Assembly (NCBI RefSeq): GCF_000150275.1 | Contig: NW_002060957.1 | Location: forward strand, 918,445 to 982,444 | From: Trichoplax adhaerens | Lineage: Eukaryota; Animalia; Placozoa | Direction: 5' to 3' | DNA: 64,000 bases | In this document: in pieces, positions 61,146 through 64,000 of the stretch | How the letters are laid out: every line of letters starts with the position of its first letter | How positions within the stretch are numbered: position 1 is the first letter of the stretch | Made by a program: the position numbers and the translations under genes | Notes under the pieces: model-generated | What the model saw: only the letters and a program-made list of their open reading frames with translations | Database searches by the model: none | Told to the model about the DNA's origin: nothing

Positions 61146-63193
61146 GCTTTTGCCATCGCATTCAATCGCAATAGTCCCAACATTGCAGTACTTGGAGTGA
61201 TGATGAAAGCACGCCATTAAACCTCCTGCTTGACCTATTGTCATGGATCGCGATTGATTGATTTGTATGGGATAGCAAAATCCATTGTCAAGTCGATTGT
61301 GTCTACAGTACACTACCGGGGGGGGGGGGGCTAGGGGCCCGGCGTACGGTACGAAGTGACGACGCAGTAGAGGACAAGTCAGGCTATACACTTGGCCATA
61401 CATGACTTGGTAAATGATATTAATCCATTGTCGTCGTCATGGAATACTTGGACGCAATACCCAACAAGGCAAAATGCCCCCAAGATACCTGGAGACAAAG
61501 GCGAGAAATAATTTTAATCGAGGCAGAAAGCGACTAGCAATATTGCTGTCATGGCGAGAAAGAGACGATAGTCCAGTATACTCTCCATCGATAGACCATT
61601 TTAAGGGTATATGTATTAAGTAGGTTGGAGTAGTGTAGTACTAAAAGAGTGGAGTATCTTTGCAATCGTATCGGTAGCACTAGGATTGATTGCGACGCGA
61701 CTTGCTGATCACTAGACTAGCGACAGGAAGAAAACCTCCAACGATTCCAACGTAATAGCACAACTAGCGGACAGGGAAGAAAACCTTCAACGATTTAAAC
61801 TTATTAATCTTTGTTCTACGATCATACTGGATTGGAGATCAAGATTGGCATTGGAAATTCATAAGTGAGCGTCCAAAAAAACCCCATCGAGCATCACGCC
61901 AATTCCAAAGTGTCAATACGTCATCGAGGAGGAAAGCGTTGTTGCTTTCTTCCTTGGAGCTCGACGCCATTGGTACTCGCAATTAACACCGTTTGTTGTT
62001 GTACTCAACATCGTCAAATCAATCGCGTGGTTGAACTACCTGATCATCCTCATTCTATCCTAGTCTTATCCACTAGCTAGCTATTGGCAGTACCACCCAA
62101 AGGAGTCAAGCAAGAAGCGATACAAGGTTGGAGGCATACAACTTGATCATCATCATGATGAAACAAAAGAAAAAAAAAAATTTTTGAATTCAATTGCTTC
62201 ATTTACAGTTAATAGACAATTCTAGCCTACAATTCTACTCCATCATCATCATTGCAATTCTTCAATTTGTTGTTGTTGTTTTTATTAGCCAGCAATCATA
62301 TCAAATGATGCATTGATTGTAAAGTACTTGTATGTAGGTGAGGATCGATGAATTCAATACAATGATGAGTTTCAAATTAAAAATGCTGCATTCAAAAGTC
62401 GACGAGTACCATCGGATGCTTTCGATCGACTGTAGTTCAACAGAATACCGTAAACTGCAGTAATTGATTTTTCCTCAATGCCAATCAATGGCCGGCCTAG
62501 TGGATACCATCGTTAGGCAGATGGCAATATCGCTGGTAAATGTTAGTCCTAATACGCTCCAATCTAGTTTGATGACCATGTAGTTCACGCTTGATCATTT
62601 TCTCTTATTCATGCTCTCTAAACCAATAACCGAATAACAATACAGTCCATGGAGGATAAAAGAGAGATGGCCATAACATAGCCAAGCAGTTGTTGAACTT
62701 TGACGCTATCATGACAGTTGAACAGCTTTAAATCAATCCAAATTGACTTTCTTACGGTAATATCAACCAGATGATAAAATCCACTCATCTTGTTCAATTG
62801 CAAAAGCAATCAACATGGATCGCTACAGCCAAGGAAAGGCCACCGTACGGTAAAAATAGCGTAGAAGGATCAATTATCCGTGTTGACAGGACGCTCTGTC
62901 GGATTAGTTTACCTTACCCATCCATGACAGTATTTCTAATCGTTGTAAACCCGATCAAAGAGTAAAGGAAACACTGCAATCACTCATTTCATTTCAATCA
63001 TCATCCAAAATGGATAACAAGCAAATGATTGTCTAGCTAGTTTCGTTCTTGTCATGACAAAGATAACAAAACAATTTTTAAATTTGTTATCTAAATTATT
63101 AACCATTTAATGTGAAAAATAAATGTTTTCTTTTTTTTTTTTCCCCCTTTTTTGTCATCGTGGCGGTGGATAAGCAGATTCAATTACGCCACC

Positions 63194-63547
63194 ATGTATG
63201 TCTACTTAAAAGATGGCCAACATTTACGTTATATTAGTCGAGTTAGCTTAGCAGATGGTTGTTATCCTTGTGTTCATAATGTCTTGCATGAGCATAAGGA
63301 ATTAGTTGAACCAGCAATTTGGTTTAAGGTCTTGGTGCTGGATTCCATTTGTATTGATTGTTCCAAGCGTATGTTCTACTGGACTACCGGCCATATCGGC
63401 AAGCATGATCTACGTTTATGGACAACGGAATATGGCGATATGGAATTTTATGATTATGATGATGACTTTGATGAGCTCTTTCTTCTAGCTCGCAAGTTAT
63501 TAACAGAAAAGAATGCTATCGCTGATAAAGACTTGGCAGAAACACAG
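63194..63547 (+). CDS. Orphan ORF / probable first coding exon of an unknown gene
   Basis: A perfect Kozak GCCACCATG at 63188-63196 opens 118 codons ending at a strong donor cag|gttagt (or a stop at 63562 if unspliced). No family was recognised. Confidence 0.4.
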
Positions 63548-64000
63548 GTTAGTACTGTCTAGTTGTTTCTTTCTTTTACAGTCAGTCATGGCGATCAAAG
63601 CCTTATCCTCGTAGTCCTATTGAAAGGAAAGGCTTTACTTTAGCCTATTTTCCCCATGAATCGCTTGTCCTTTCCATACATCATTCTTCTCATTGCAAAA
63701 CTTTCCACCATTTCACCATACTGCCATCGTATTATCCTGACCATTAGCCAGTTGTTTCTGTTCTATCTTCGTTATTACATTATACACGCTGCTGTCTGCA
63801 ATATCCGGTATTGACAACATCATCAACTTCTCAACTTTACTGCAGTCTATCATTCACTTTTTGCTGCTTTTAATTATTTAAAAATAAGCCCAAAACAACA
63901 TTCAATAACACTTCACTCCATCATAAGAGGATGATTAGCACCTTACAAGGAAGCATGGAAAAATTCAACTACCCTCTTCACATAAATCGTATTCATCATA

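Overview
Eukaryotic, AT-rich, gene-dense metazoan DNA with many short GT-AG introns. The style suggests a placozoan such as Trichoplax, but that is inference only. Seven conserved genes were reconstructed by manual splicing and comparison with recalled human orthologue sequences: DNAH7 (+), APIP/MtnB (+), intronless COMMD4 (-), PMS1 (+), EEF1B2 (-), UBE4A (+) and VPS25 (-). The right third is repeat-rich. It holds two satellite arrays directly upstream of an intact two-exon BED-finger/hAT-transposase-derived gene with disrupted catalytic motifs (likely domesticated), more tandem arrays, a 120-N gap, decayed coding-like sequence and an orphan ORF. Main highlights are the domesticated hAT/ZBED locus, an APIP with Gln at the catalytic Glu position plus an SV40-type NLS, a 9.95-kb DNAH7 terminal exon after 17 closely spaced introns, a U12-type intron in VPS25, RFX X-boxes before DNAH7, and a TACAGTA + GTCCA signature recurring at gene starts. 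No database searches were run, and exon coordinates are hand-derived.
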